64,000 nucleotides of DNA from positions 34,306-98,305 of the forward strand of contig CAVTAI010000006.1 in NCBI GenBank assembly GCA_963732655.1, given 5' to 3'. The DNA is from an uncultured Acidobacteriota bacterium (GTDB taxonomy: Bacteria; Actinomycetota; Acidimicrobiia; Acidimicrobiales; SHLQ01). The translations under genes and the position numbers were made by a program. The notes under the pieces are model-generated. The model was not told the DNA's origin and searched no databases. It saw only the letters and a program-made list of their open reading frames with translations. This document shows, piece by piece, positions 1 through 9,517 of the stretch; within the stretch, counting starts at the first letter, position 1; every line of letters begins with the position of its first letter.

Positions 1-222
1 GACGGCACCTGGGGACACGGCATGTACCAGGGCCCGCTGGCGGTGCAGGGCATCGTCCACGACCTCTCCGACCCCGAGGTCCGCCGCCAGTACGTGAACC
101 TCAACGAGACGCTCAGCCGTTTCGAGCTCGCCACGGGGGAGATCGGCTACGGCATGCACGAGAACATGCTCCGCGGGATCTACCGCCCATCGGGCTTCAT
201 GACCCCGGACTCGGTGGCCTGA
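1..222 (+). CDS. hypothetical protein, C-terminal fragment (gene starts upstream of the window)
   Basis: Frame 1 is open from the window edge to the TGA at 220-222. GC3-rich codons. No family recognised. Confidence 0.4.
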   Translation, partial: DGTWGHGMYQGPLAVQGIVHDLSDPEVRRQYVNLNETLSRFELATGEIGYGMHENMLRGIYRPSGFMTPDSVA

Positions 223-262
223 CCGGCCGGCGGGCGGCCAGGAACAGACACGAGAGCCAGCC

Positions 263-1189
263 GTGGCGGATGACGAAGCGATCTCCATTCACGGCCTGAC
301 CAAACGGTTCGGGCCGACTCGGGCCCTCGATGGCCTCGATCTCACCGTACGCACCGGAGAGGTGCACGGCTTCCTCGGTCCGAACGGGGCCGGCAAGTCG
401 ACCACGATCCGCGTCATCCTCGGGCTCCTTCGCCCGGATGCAGGGACACTCGCCGTGCTCGGACAGGACCCGTGGCGTGATGCGGTCTCGCTGCATCGTC
501 GGCTCGCCTACGTCCCCGGCGACGTCCAGTTGTGGCCGAACCTCTCGGGGGGCGAGGCCATCGATGTGTTCGCGTCGTTGCGCGGCGGCGCGGATCCGAC
601 CCGACGGGAGGCGCTCCTCGACCGCTTCCAGCTCGATCCGACGAGACGCTGCGGGACCTACTCGAAGGGCAACCGGCAGAAGGTCGCCCTTGTGGCGGCC
701 TTCGCCATCCCGGTCGACCTGTACTTGCTCGACGAGCCGACCTCCGGCCTCGACCCGCTCATGGAGGCCGAGTTCCGCGACCTGGTACAGGAGGTGGTCG
801 GCGACGGGGCGACGGTGCTGCTGTCGAGCCACATCCTGGCCGAGGTCGAGGCGCTCTGCGGCCGGGTGAGCATCATCCGGCAGGGACGCACCGTCGAGAC
901 CGGCAGCCTCGACGCCCTCCGTCATCTGACCCGGACCTCGATCACGGTCACCACCCAGATGCCGCCGACGGACCTCGATGGCCTTTCCGGCGTTCACGAT
1001 GTGGAGGTCACGGGTTCGCGCGCCCACTTCCACGTCGACACGGCGAACCTCACCGAGGTGCACCGCTACCTGGCCGGACTGGGCGTGATCGAGCTGGCCA
1101 GCCAACCGCCCACCCTGGAGGAGCTGTTCCTCCGCCACTACGCCGAGGACGGTGTGGGGCACGACGGTTCGTCGCCGGCCGGGCCATGA
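263..1189 (+). CDS. ABC transporter ATP-binding protein (exporter type)
   Basis: Walker [10 protein letters not shown], signature-like YSKGNRQK, Walker B LYLLDEP, H-loop SSH. Confidence 0.9.
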   Translation: MADDEAISIHGLTKRFGPTRALDGLDLTVRTGEVHGFLGPNGAGKSTTIRVILGLLRPDAGTLAVLGQDPWRDAVSLHRRLAYVPGDVQLWPNLSGGEAIDVFASLRGGADPTRREALLDRFQLDPTRRCGTYSKGNRQKVALVAAFAIPVDLYLLDEPTSGLDPLMEAEFRDLVQEVVGDGATVLLSSHILAEVEALCGRVSIIRQGRTVETGSLDALRHLTRTSITVTTQMPPTDLDGLSGVHDVEVTGSRAHFHVDTANLTEVHRYLAGLGVIELASQPPTLEELFLRHYAEDGVGHDGSSPAGP

Positions 1190-2832
1190 CCGCGCCCCGT
1201 CACCCGTCGGCCGGCGCCGTGGGCACCCTCCGGCTGGCCCGGCTCGCGCTCCATCGTGATCGCCTGCAACTGCCCATCTGGGTGGCCTCCCTCGCGGGGA
1301 TCAACCTGCTCACCGCCGCGAGCGTCACCTCGCTCTATCCGACTGCAGCCGATCGCATCGAGTTCGCCCGGAACTCGGCGACGAACGCCGTCGCGGTGGG
1401 CTTCAACGGGCTCATCTCGGGCACGAGCGAGGGCGCCGTGATCACCTCGCAGTCGCTGCTGATCCTGCTCCTCGCCGTCGCCCTCATGAACACCTTCGCC
1501 GTCGTCCGCCACACTCGGCAGAACGAGGAGACCGGTCGGGCCGAGCTCGTCGGAGCGGCCGTGGTCGGCCGCCGGGCACCGCTCAACGCCGCGCTCCTGG
1601 TGGCGCTCGTCGGCAGCGTCCTGGTCGGCCTCACGAACGGCGTCGCGATGATGGCGCTCGGGCTGCCCGCCTCTGGCTCCATCGCCACCGCGGCAGCCGC
1701 AGCCGGCACCGGCATGGCCTTCGCCGGCGTGGCTGCCGTCGCGGCTCAGGTCGCAGGAACCGCTCGCGGCGCCAACGGGATCGCCGGAGCGGTCGTCGGC
1801 CTGGCGTTCGTCTTGCGGACGTTCGGCGACATGGCGAGTCACGTCGACGAGTCCGGGGTCAAGGTCGTCAGCGGGTGGGCGTCGTGGCTGTCGCCGATCG
1901 GGTGGGGCCAGCAGATCCGCCCCTATCACCACCACGAGTGGGGCGTCCTCGGGCTGCTCGCCGGGTTCGCCATCGCCACCGTCGCCGCCTCCTACGCGAT
2001 CACGGCTCGGCGCGACCTCGGGAGCGGCATGATCGCGCCCCGACCCGGCCCGACGCACGGCCACCGGGCGCTGCTGTCGCCGATCGGACTCGCCTGGCGG
2101 CTCCAACGCGGGGTGATCATCGGCTGGGCCGTCGCCATGGTCGTCATCGGGGCCGTCTACGGAGCAGTGGCGAACGATGTCGACGACCTGCTCGCCGGCA
2201 GCGACTCCAGCACCGACATCTTCGAAGATCTGGGCGGCGGAGCCGGTGACCTGGAGCAGATCTACCTCGCCGCCTCGACGACTCTCTCGACCGCCATGGT
2301 CGGCGCCACGGTCATCCAGATGACGAATCGCCTCCGCAGCGAAGAGACGGCGGGGGCCCTCGAAAGCCTCTTGGCGACGCCGGTCAGCCGATCGCGTTGG
2401 ATGGCGGCGCATCTGGCGGTGGCGCTGGCGGGCTCGGTCGCGATCGTCACGCTCACGGGCGCGGTCATGGGCCTGGCGTACGGGATCTCGATCGGCGACG
2501 CGTCACATCAGACGGCCCGACTGGCCGGCGCGGCGCTGGCCCAGTGGCCGGGAATCCTCGTCCTGGCCGGATTCGGCGCCGCCCTCTTCGGACTGGTGCC
2601 TCGCCATGCCCGCGCCATCGGCTGGGGTGCCTACGCGGCATGCGTCGTGCTCGGCCAGATCGGCGACCTGCTGAACCTGCCCCAGATCGTGCTCGACCTC
2701 TCGCCCTTCACCCACCTACCGGCGGCGCCGGCCCGACCGGTCACGGTGCTCCCACTCGTCGTGCTCGGCGCGGTCGGAACGGTGCTCGGGGCCCTTGGCG
2801 TCGCCTCGTTCCAGCGTCGAGACGTGATCTGA
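1186..2832 (+). CDS. ABC-2 type exporter permease (antibiotic-exporter-like, about 548 aa)
   Basis: ATG 1186 overlaps the upstream TGA (ATGA). Long hydrophobic protein with many predicted TM helices. The part of ORF 532..2832 upstream of 1186 is alternate-frame read-through of the ATPase gene. Confidence 0.8.
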   Translation: MTAPRHPSAGAVGTLRLARLALHRDRLQLPIWVASLAGINLLTAASVTSLYPTAADRIEFARNSATNAVAVGFNGLISGTSEGAVITSQSLLILLLAVALMNTFAVVRHTRQNEETGRAELVGAAVVGRRAPLNAALLVALVGSVLVGLTNGVAMMALGLPASGSIATAAAAAGTGMAFAGVAAVAAQVAGTARGANGIAGAVVGLAFVLRTFGDMASHVDESGVKVVSGWASWLSPIGWGQQIRPYHHHEWGVLGLLAGFAIATVAASYAITARRDLGSGMIAPRPGPTHGHRALLSPIGLAWRLQRGVIIGWAVAMVVIGAVYGAVANDVDDLLAGSDSSTDIFEDLGGGAGDLEQIYLAASTTLSTAMVGATVIQMTNRLRSEETAGALESLLATPVSRSRWMAAHLAVALAGSVAIVTLTGAVMGLAYGISIGDASHQTARLAGAALAQWPGILVLAGFGAALFGLVPRHARAIGWGAYAACVVLGQIGDLLNLPQIVLDLSPFTHLPAAPARPVTVLPLVVLGAVGTVLGALGVASFQRRDVI

Positions 2833-2874
2833 GAGGCGCCGCCGAGTGGGCAACATCGAGCCGCCGCGGGTCCC

Positions 2875-4111
2875 GTGAAACCAAGCCTGCTGCGGTACCG
2901 TCACGTCGTGAGCATCACCACCGCCCCTGAGCTGTACTGGGATCCGTTCGACACCGTTATCGACACCGACCCCTACCCGGTCTGGAAGCGCCTGCGCGAC
3001 GAAGCACCCGTGTACCGCAACGATCGATTCGACTTCTACGCCCTCAGCCGGTTCGCCGATGTCGAGGCCGGTCACAAGGATCCCGCGACGTTCCTCTCCG
3101 GCCGGGGCACGGTGCTCGAGCTGATGAGCGGCGCAGACATGTCCCACACCGGCCAGATGATCTTCATGGATCCGCCGGATCACACCACGCTCCGCTCGCT
3201 CGTATCGCGTGCGTTCACCCCGCGCCGCACCAGTGGCCTGGAGGGTCGCGTTCGCCAGCTGTGTGCCGAACTTCTCGACCCGCACGTCGGCTCGGGCGGC
3301 TTCGACTACTTCAAGGACTTCGCGGCCCACCTGCCGTCGCGGGTCATCTCGGCGCTGCTCGGCGTGCCCGACGACGAGCGTGAGGAGCAGCGGCAGAACA
3401 TCGACGGCATCTTCCACATCGAGCCCGATGTCGGGATGATCAATGACACGTCGTTCATGGCCCAGGTCCGGCTCCACGAGTACCTGTCCGGGCTGGCCGA
3501 GCGCCGACGGTCGCATCCCCAGGACGATCTCATCAGCGACCTGTGCCGGGCCGAGATCACCCAGGACGGTCAGACGCGTCAGCTCACCCAGGACGAAGTC
3601 GTCGGGTTCAGCACGTTGCTGTTCAGCGCCGGAACGGAGACCGTCGGGCGGCTCCTCGGCAACGCGGCCGTCGTGCTGGCCGCCCATCCCGATCAGCGGC
3701 GCATCCTGGTCGAAGATCACGCCGTCATCCCCAACGCCGTCGAGGAGCTGCTCCGCTTCGAACCGCCGTCACCCGTGCAGGGGCGCTGGACCACCCGTGA
3801 GGTCGAGCTCCACGGAACCACCATCCCGGCCGACTCCAAGGTGCTGCTCCTCACCGGCAGCGGCGTCGCGCGACGAGCGGACCTTCCCTGACCCCGACCG
3901 CTTCGACGTGCTGAGAACCATCAACCATCACGTGTCATTCGGATACGGGATCCACTTCTGCGTCGGGGCCGCCCTGGCGCGGCTGGAAGGCCGGATCGCG
4001 CTGGAGGAGACCGTCATGCGTTTCCCCACCTGGGACGTCGACCCCGACAACGTCATCCGTCAACACACCAGCACCGTGCGCGGCTACTCCGGCGTCGGAA
4101 TCCTGCTCTGA
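2875..4111 (+). pseudogene. cytochrome P450, frameshifted near 3859-3866
   Basis: FMDPPDHT, I-helix FSAGTETV and EELLRF lie in the frame of ORF 2875..3891. RDERTFPDPDRFD and the heme loop FGYGIHFCVGAALAR lie only in the frame ending at 4111. The switch is at agc-g-gcg-tcg, consistent with one extra G. Confidence 0.85.
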
Positions 4112-4112
4112 C

Positions 4113-5696
4113 ATGTACCTGGGCGACCACGCACGGCTGACCCCGGAACGCACTGCGGTCACCATGTGGCCGTCACGCTCCTCGGTGACCTTCGGCGAGC
4201 TCTACGAGCGGTCGACGAAGCTCGGCAACCTGTTCCGAGCGGCCGGGCTGGTCGAGGGCGACCACATCGCCGTCTTCGCCTACAACCACGTGCGGTACTA
4301 CGAGGTGGCGTGGGCGGCCCTGAACGCCGGGCTGTACCTCACCCCGGTCAACGCCCACTCCTCGAGAGACGAGGCCGCCTACATCGTCGCCGATTGCGGC
4401 GCGCAGGTCCTCGTCGTCGCCGACTCGACGGCCGCCGTGGCCGAGGACATCGTCGCCGAGATGCCAGCCGTGCGGATCCGGCTGACGATGGATGCCACCC
4501 AGGGCAGCTTCCAGGCGATCGACGACGCGGCCGGGGGCATGCCCTCCGACCCCACCGTACCCGAGCGACGGGGCACGTACATGATGTATAGCTCCGGTAC
4601 CACCGGTCGGCCCAAGGGCATCAAACCACCGCTCCCCGACGCGGCGGCCTCGATCGGCGATGCCGTGCTCAACCAGGGCGCCCAGCGGCAATTCGGTCTC
4701 GACGAGAACGGCGTCTACCTCTCGCCGGCGCCGCTCCACCACGCCGCGCCGTTGCGGACATCCGTCGTGGCCACCGAGCTCGGTGCCCATGTGGTCTGCA
4801 TGGAACGGTTCGATCCCGAACAGGCGCTGGCGGCGATCGAGAGCGCGCGGGTGACCTGCTCGCAGTGGGTGCCGACCATGTTCGTGCGGCTCCTCAAGCT
4901 CGACCCCGAGGTGCGCGGGCGCTACGACCTGTCGAGCATGCGCCGGGTCGTTCACGCCGCCGCACCGTGCCCCATCTGGGTCAAGGAGCAGATGATCGAG
5001 TGGTGGGGCCCGATCATCTCGGAGTACTACGCCGGCAGCGAGAACATCGGGAACACGTCGATCGAAAGCGACGAGTGGCTCGCCCACAAGGGATCGGTCG
5101 GCCGATCGGTCTACGGCGTCATCCACATCTGCGACGATGCGGGTCACGAGCTGGCCGCCCGTCAGGATGGCCTCGTCTACTTCGACGCCCCGCTCACCAC
5201 CTTCGAGTACCACGGCGACCCAGCCAAGACCGCCGGCATGTATCACCCCACCCAGCCGTGGCGCACGCTCGGAGACATCGGCCACCTCGACGGCGACGGC
5301 TACCTCTACCTCTCCGACCGGGCCACGTTCATGATCATCTCGGGCGGCGCCAACGTCTACCCACAAGAGATCGAAGCGGTGATCCTGGCCCACCCCGGCG
5401 TGGTCGACGCCGCCGTCTTCGGCATCCCCCACCCCGACCTCGGCGAGGTGCCGCTGGCGGTCGTCCAACCGACCGATGGCGCTGTCCTCGCTGAACCCGC
5501 CGCCGCCGAGGCTCTGGCGGGCGACCTCCGGGCTCTGTGCACGGAGAAGCTGGCCCGCTACAAGATCCCCATCCGCTTCGAGTTCCGCGAGGCCCTGCCC
5601 CGCGGCGAGGACGGCAAGCTCCGCAAGAAACCACTTCGTGACGAGTACTGGGGCGACGACGGCTACTGGGGCGAGGGCTCCAAGATCATCGCCTGA
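4113..5696 (+). CDS. acyl-CoA synthetase / AMP-dependent ligase
   Basis: AMP-binding motif YSSGTTGRPKGI, GDIGHLDGDGYLYLSDR, C-terminal GKLRKK. Confidence 0.9.
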   Translation: MYLGDHARLTPERTAVTMWPSRSSVTFGELYERSTKLGNLFRAAGLVEGDHIAVFAYNHVRYYEVAWAALNAGLYLTPVNAHSSRDEAAYIVADCGAQVLVVADSTAAVAEDIVAEMPAVRIRLTMDATQGSFQAIDDAAGGMPSDPTVPERRGTYMMYSSGTTGRPKGIKPPLPDAAASIGDAVLNQGAQRQFGLDENGVYLSPAPLHHAAPLRTSVVATELGAHVVCMERFDPEQALAAIESARVTCSQWVPTMFVRLLKLDPEVRGRYDLSSMRRVVHAAAPCPIWVKEQMIEWWGPIISEYYAGSENIGNTSIESDEWLAHKGSVGRSVYGVIHICDDAGHELAARQDGLVYFDAPLTTFEYHGDPAKTAGMYHPTQPWRTLGDIGHLDGDGYLYLSDRATFMIISGGANVYPQEIEAVILAHPGVVDAAVFGIPHPDLGEVPLAVVQPTDGAVLAEPAAAEALAGDLRALCTEKLARYKIPIRFEFREALPRGEDGKLRKKPLRDEYWGDDGYWGEGSKIIA

Positions 5697-5720
5697 GGCC
5701 GGGGGTCCCGCGGCGTTCGT

Positions 5721-5755
5721 GTGCGCTCGGTGTCGCTCAGAGCGACGGAGCGCAC
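5721..5755. terminator. two-tier GC-rich hairpin downstream of the ligase gene
   Basis: GTGCGCTC(ggt)GTCGCT-cag-AGCGAC(g)GAGCGCAC: 8 bp plus 6 bp stems and a 3-nt loop. No T tract follows. Confidence 0.4.
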
Positions 5756-5798
5756 GCAAAGTCCAGGGGCTCAGCGGCCCGGCATAGGATCCTGCACC

Positions 5799-6647
5799 AT
5801 GGTCCGTCGCAATCCGCCAGTCCTTCCTGCCGACACCACACCCGACGTGTGGCGACGGCAGATGGATGCCATCAGGCGGCGCTCGGTTGCCGACCGGATT
5901 GCCGAGTGGGAGGCGCTGAACGAGCAGGTCAGCCGCCTCGAGGCCGAGGCGGTCCGACGGCGTCACCCGGACTACTCGGACCGTCAGGTGCTCCTGGTCT
6001 GCGCTCGGCTCCGGTACGGGGACGACCTGGTTTCCGCAGCCTGGCCGGACGAGCCTCTGCTCGAAGCCATGATCGACCTCTCCCGAGCTCTCGGCATCGT
6101 CGCGAGCGCGTTCGACGCAGACGGCATCGAGTACCTGGTCGTCGGATCCATCGCGGCGGCTGTTTGGGGCGTTGCTCGGACCACGCGGGACGTCGATGTG
6201 GTCGCCGTTATCGATGTCGATCAGGTGGAACCCGTCCTGGAGAGCCTGAACCGATCAGACCTGTACGTCCCGGCCAACGATGCACGACGAGCCGTGACGG
6301 CGGGTGGCCCCTTCAACGTGCTGGACCCGGAGTCGGGCGGCAAAGTCGACATCTTCGTCGCGCGACCAACGGACGACTTCGCACGTTCACGCATCGAACG
6401 ACGAATCCGAGCAGAGCTCTTGGGCACCACAACCTGGATCGCCACGCCGGAGGACGTCATCCTGGGCAAGCTGCGATGGCGACTCACCTCGCGATCTGAG
6501 GTGCAGTGGCGCGACTGCGCAGAGATCGCAGGGGTCTGCGACCTCGATTCCGCCTACCTCGACATCTGGGCCCCACTACTCGGGGTCACGGAGGACCTTG
6601 GCGACCTTCGGCGTGAGGTCGAGCGTGCCCGCCGGTCGGAGGACTGA
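5799..6647 (+). CDS. nucleotidyltransferase-fold protein with a fused N-terminal helical domain
   Basis: The C-terminal part contains VVGSIAAAVWGVARTTRDVDVV, which resembles the minimal NTase G-S ... D-x-D motif. The N-terminal 90 aa or so is a separate helical segment joined in frame at an internal ATG (MIDLSRAL). Confidence 0.55.
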   Translation: MVRRNPPVLPADTTPDVWRRQMDAIRRRSVADRIAEWEALNEQVSRLEAEAVRRRHPDYSDRQVLLVCARLRYGDDLVSAAWPDEPLLEAMIDLSRALGIVASAFDADGIEYLVVGSIAAAVWGVARTTRDVDVVAVIDVDQVEPVLESLNRSDLYVPANDARRAVTAGGPFNVLDPESGGKVDIFVARPTDDFARSRIERRIRAELLGTTTWIATPEDVILGKLRWRLTSRSEVQWRDCAEIAGVCDLDSAYLDIWAPLLGVTEDLGDLRREVERARRSED

Positions 6648-6694
6648 GCTCGTCTACGATCCGCCCGGTCCGCCGAATCGCCAGGAGCCCCCAC

Positions 6695-7765
6695 ATGAGC
6701 CAGTCCACGTCCGAACGCCCGCTACGAGTCGTGCAGTGGACCACCGGCAACGTCGGCCAGCGGTCGGTCATGGCCATCATGTCCAACCCCGATCTCGAGC
6801 TGATCGGGTGTTATGCGTGGGGCGCCGACAAGGTCGGCCGCGACGTCGGTGAGCTGTGTGGCATCGACCCGATCGGTGTCACGGCGACGAACGACGTCGA
6901 TGCACTCCTCGCCCTGAAGCCCGACTGCGTCGTCTACAACCCCAAGTGGCCCGAGGTCGCCGAGATGGCGCGCATCCTCGAGGCCGGCGTGAACATCGTG
7001 TCCACGTCCGCGTTCATCACCGGCCACGCCCTCGGCGCCGATCGCCAGCGGATCGTCGACGCCTGCGAGCGAGGCCAGAGCTCGATGTTCGGCACCGGCA
7101 TGAACCCCGGTTTCGCCAACCTCTTGGCCCTCGTCTCGGCCGGAGTCTGTGACCGCATCGATTCCATCTCCGTGCTGGAATCGGTCGACTCGACCGGTTA
7201 CGACTCGCCCGAGACCGAGCTCAAGGTCGGCTTCGCCAAACCCATCGACGACCCGTCCCTGCTGGAGATGACCCGCGATGGCACCGCCGTGTTCGGCGAC
7301 GCCGTGTACATGATGGCCGACGCCCTCGGCGTCGAGCTCGACGAGGTGCGCTGCGACGCCGAGTACGCCCAGACCACCGAGGACCTCGACCTCGGCTCGT
7401 GGACGATCCCGGCCGGCTGCGTCGCCGGCGTCGCCGCGTCGTGGAAGGGCATCGTCGGGGAGCGCACTGTGATCGACCTCAAGGTCCGGTGGCGCAAGGG
7501 CCAGACCCTCGACCCGGACTGGACGATCGAACATGGCTACATCGTGGAGATCCAGGGCATGCCGTGTGTCCGTACCAAGCTCGAGGTCTTCCCCCCGAAG
7601 GACTTCGTGGCCCACTCGTTCAAGGACTTCATGGTGCTCGGCATGATCATGACCGGCCTCCCGGCGATCAACGCCATCCCCCACGTCGTCGCCGCTGCGC
7701 CCGGCGTCGTGACCTACTACGACCTCGTCCTGAACGTCCCCCGCGGCTGGGTTCCGGCCACCTGA
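6695..7765 (+). CDS. DapB-like NAD(P)-binding oxidoreductase (amine dehydrogenase / dihydrodipicolinate reductase-like family)
   Basis: N-terminal Rossmann segment VVQWTTGNVGQ. Length and layout are typical of the actinobacterial DapB-like family. AGGAG precedes the ATG. Confidence 0.75.
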   Translation: MSQSTSERPLRVVQWTTGNVGQRSVMAIMSNPDLELIGCYAWGADKVGRDVGELCGIDPIGVTATNDVDALLALKPDCVVYNPKWPEVAEMARILEAGVNIVSTSAFITGHALGADRQRIVDACERGQSSMFGTGMNPGFANLLALVSAGVCDRIDSISVLESVDSTGYDSPETELKVGFAKPIDDPSLLEMTRDGTAVFGDAVYMMADALGVELDEVRCDAEYAQTTEDLDLGSWTIPAGCVAGVAASWKGIVGERTVIDLKVRWRKGQTLDPDWTIEHGYIVEIQGMPCVRTKLEVFPPKDFVAHSFKDFMVLGMIMTGLPAINAIPHVVAAAPGVVTYYDLVLNVPRGWVPAT

Positions 7766-7787
7766 CCCCTACAAATTCCCACGCTGG

Positions 7788-9479
7788 TCAGTCGCGGGGG
7801 TGGCGGCCGCTGAGGAAGTCGATCGAGCGGGTCACCGCGGAAGCGACGAAACGTTCGAGCTTGGGACTGGTGAGGAAGCGTGACGTGGCGTCGAGCGGGA
7901 TCGGCGAGCCCAGTCGGACGGCTTCTTCTGTGGCCGCCACGCTGGTCTTGACGGCGTGGGCCTGCACGATGAACGCGCTCGTTCCGTCGAGCAGCGACTC
8001 ATGCTGCAGGTCCTGGCCGTACTCGATCAGGTTTCCGGCCCGAGGAGTCACCTCGGCCCGGCGACCCACGGTGGTGTGCCACTCGTGGCGGCCCGTCCAG
8101 TTGGCCAGGAAGGCCGTCCACATCACCAGCCGGACCATGTCGGGAGTCGGGCCCTCACGGTCCACGAACCAGCGCGTTGCGTTGGCGTACGTGAGTCCGT
8201 GGGTGATGTCGAGCCAGCCGAAGTCGTCGTGGAAGTCTCGCTCTCCCGCGGGGTCATACCGGAGCAGCCGCTCACTCACCGCCACCACCACGGTGTCGAG
8301 CACGCCGTGCAAGCCGGCGCCGCCGGAGACGGCACGACCGACGGCGAGCGCGGCGGCCGTACGATCGGGGCCGAGCAGGGCGGTCAGCAGCGATCCGTCG
8401 TCGGACCACGCAGCTTCCGGCTCCGCCGCAGCGTCGGCCAGCTCGTCGAATCGGAGCTGGTCGAGCCCCCGCCGGAAGAGCGTGGCGTAGGGCAAGGTGT
8501 CCTCCCGGGTCCCGTAGACGATCCCGGGCACGAGGTGCGGAAGCACGGTGTCGGCTCGGTCCCACCCGATGTGCTCCAGCAGCTGGAACGCCTTCTGGGC
8601 GTAGATCGCCCCGTGGCCGTAGGAGAGCAGGTGGTCGCTCACCACGTCACCGAACCAAGGTCGGACATCCGCCGGACCATGTCCGGCCGCGAGCGCGGCC
8701 CGCAGCACGGCCTGAGCCGACTCCAACTGCTCGGCTTCCACCAGCCGTCGGAACTCAGCCCGAGGGTCGGCAGGAAGGTGCGTCAGCGCATCGGGTAACG
8801 CCCGAGGCGGCCGATCCCGTTCGGACTCGGCCACGCCGGCCAGCGCCTGGACGATCGGCAGCGCCCGCTCGTCGCCGCCGTAACGGTCCACCATGCCCAT
8901 GCAGTCGGAGAGCGAGGCGATGGAGTGGCCCCACCCGAACTCGGCCCGAGGTGCGCCGTGGGCCACCGCCTCCCAGATCAGCTCGCCGGGATTGGTGTCG
9001 GCCCGGAGCAGGCGGACGACGTCGCGCGAGATCTGCCCCACGTAGTCCTTCTCGATGCCGCGCCGGAGGCTGGCGAGGAGCCGGGGGCGGGCCTCGACGG
9101 GATCGGAGGCGCGGCGGCGGATCGTGACTGCTCCCTCGCTGGTCACGTCCACCTGGTGGACGGGGACGTCCTCCTCTCCGAGCAGGCAGTGGCCGTCGGT
9201 CACCCGGAACTTCCAGTTGTGCCAGGCACAGGTGATGACGTCGCCGTCGAGGTGGCCGGTGGTGAGCCCGTAACCCTCGTGGGGGCAGGCCTGATCGAGG
9301 GCGTGGACGCCGCCCGAGGCGCTGCGTACGAGACACATACGATGCCCGTCGACTCGGACAAGCTTCATGGACGACAGCGCCAGTTCGTCGATGTGGGCCA
9401 CGACCGTCGGGTGTTCGGCCTCGGCGGGGCGGGACTCGGCGGTCCGGCTCTCGGCGGTCCGGGCGGTGTTGATGCTCAT
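7788..9479 (-). CDS. Rieske [2Fe-2S] domain protein fused to a roughly 430-aa domain of unknown function
   Basis: CPHEG ... CAWHNW Rieske ligands fall within the first 110 aa or so. The remainder has no motif I recognise. Confidence 0.8.
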   Translation of the reverse strand: MSINTARTAESRTAESRPAEAEHPTVVAHIDELALSSMKLVRVDGHRMCLVRSASGGVHALDQACPHEGYGLTTGHLDGDVITCAWHNWKFRVTDGHCLLGEEDVPVHQVDVTSEGAVTIRRRASDPVEARPRLLASLRRGIEKDYVGQISRDVVRLLRADTNPGELIWEAVAHGAPRAEFGWGHSIASLSDCMGMVDRYGGDERALPIVQALAGVAESERDRPPRALPDALTHLPADPRAEFRRLVEAEQLESAQAVLRAALAAGHGPADVRPWFGDVVSDHLLSYGHGAIYAQKAFQLLEHIGWDRADTVLPHLVPGIVYGTREDTLPYATLFRRGLDQLRFDELADAAAEPEAAWSDDGSLLTALLGPDRTAAALAVGRAVSGGAGLHGVLDTVVVAVSERLLRYDPAGERDFHDDFGWLDITHGLTYANATRWFVDREGPTPDMVRLVMWTAFLANWTGRHEWHTTVGRRAEVTPRAGNLIEYGQDLQHESLLDGTSAFIVQAHAVKTSVAATEEAVRLGSPIPLDATSRFLTSPKLERFVASAVTRSIDFLSGRHPRD

Positions 9480-9486
9480 GCCGGGG

Positions 9487-9517
9487 ACGGTAAGACTTCA
9501 ACCATGGTTGAAGTCAA
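9487..9517 (-). promoter_or_regulatory. MerR/SoxR-type promoter: -35 TTGACT, 19-bp spacer with a perfect 22-bp palindrome, -10 TACCGT
   Basis: Minus strand reads TTGACT-TCAACCATGGTTGAAGTCT-TACCGT-ccccggc-ATG. The palindrome GACTTCAACCATGGTTGAAGTC spans 9494-9515. Confidence 0.7.

Noticed and set aside
197-1162. Long antisense and alternate-frame ORFs throughout the track, for example 197..1162(-), 1138..2412(-), 4173..5966(-), 9997..11166(+), 12593..13750(-), 14761..16062(-), 43391..45529(+) and 61621..63135(+).
   Set aside because: They overlap genes with clear family motifs. They translate to Arg/Pro/Gly/Ala-rich low-complexity strings with no motifs. Open alternate frames of this kind are expected in GC-rich DNA.
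532-1185. N-terminal 218-codon extension of the permease ORF 532..2832.
   Set aside because: It overlaps the ABC ATPase in another frame and is low-complexity. ATG 1186 forms an ATGA overlap with the ATPase stop and begins the hydrophobic protein.
9440-9470. The TAESRTAESR duplication at the N-terminus of the Rieske-fusion protein as a functional repeat.
   Set aside because: It is a short imperfect 15-bp duplication in a probably disordered leader. It may even lie upstream of the true start.
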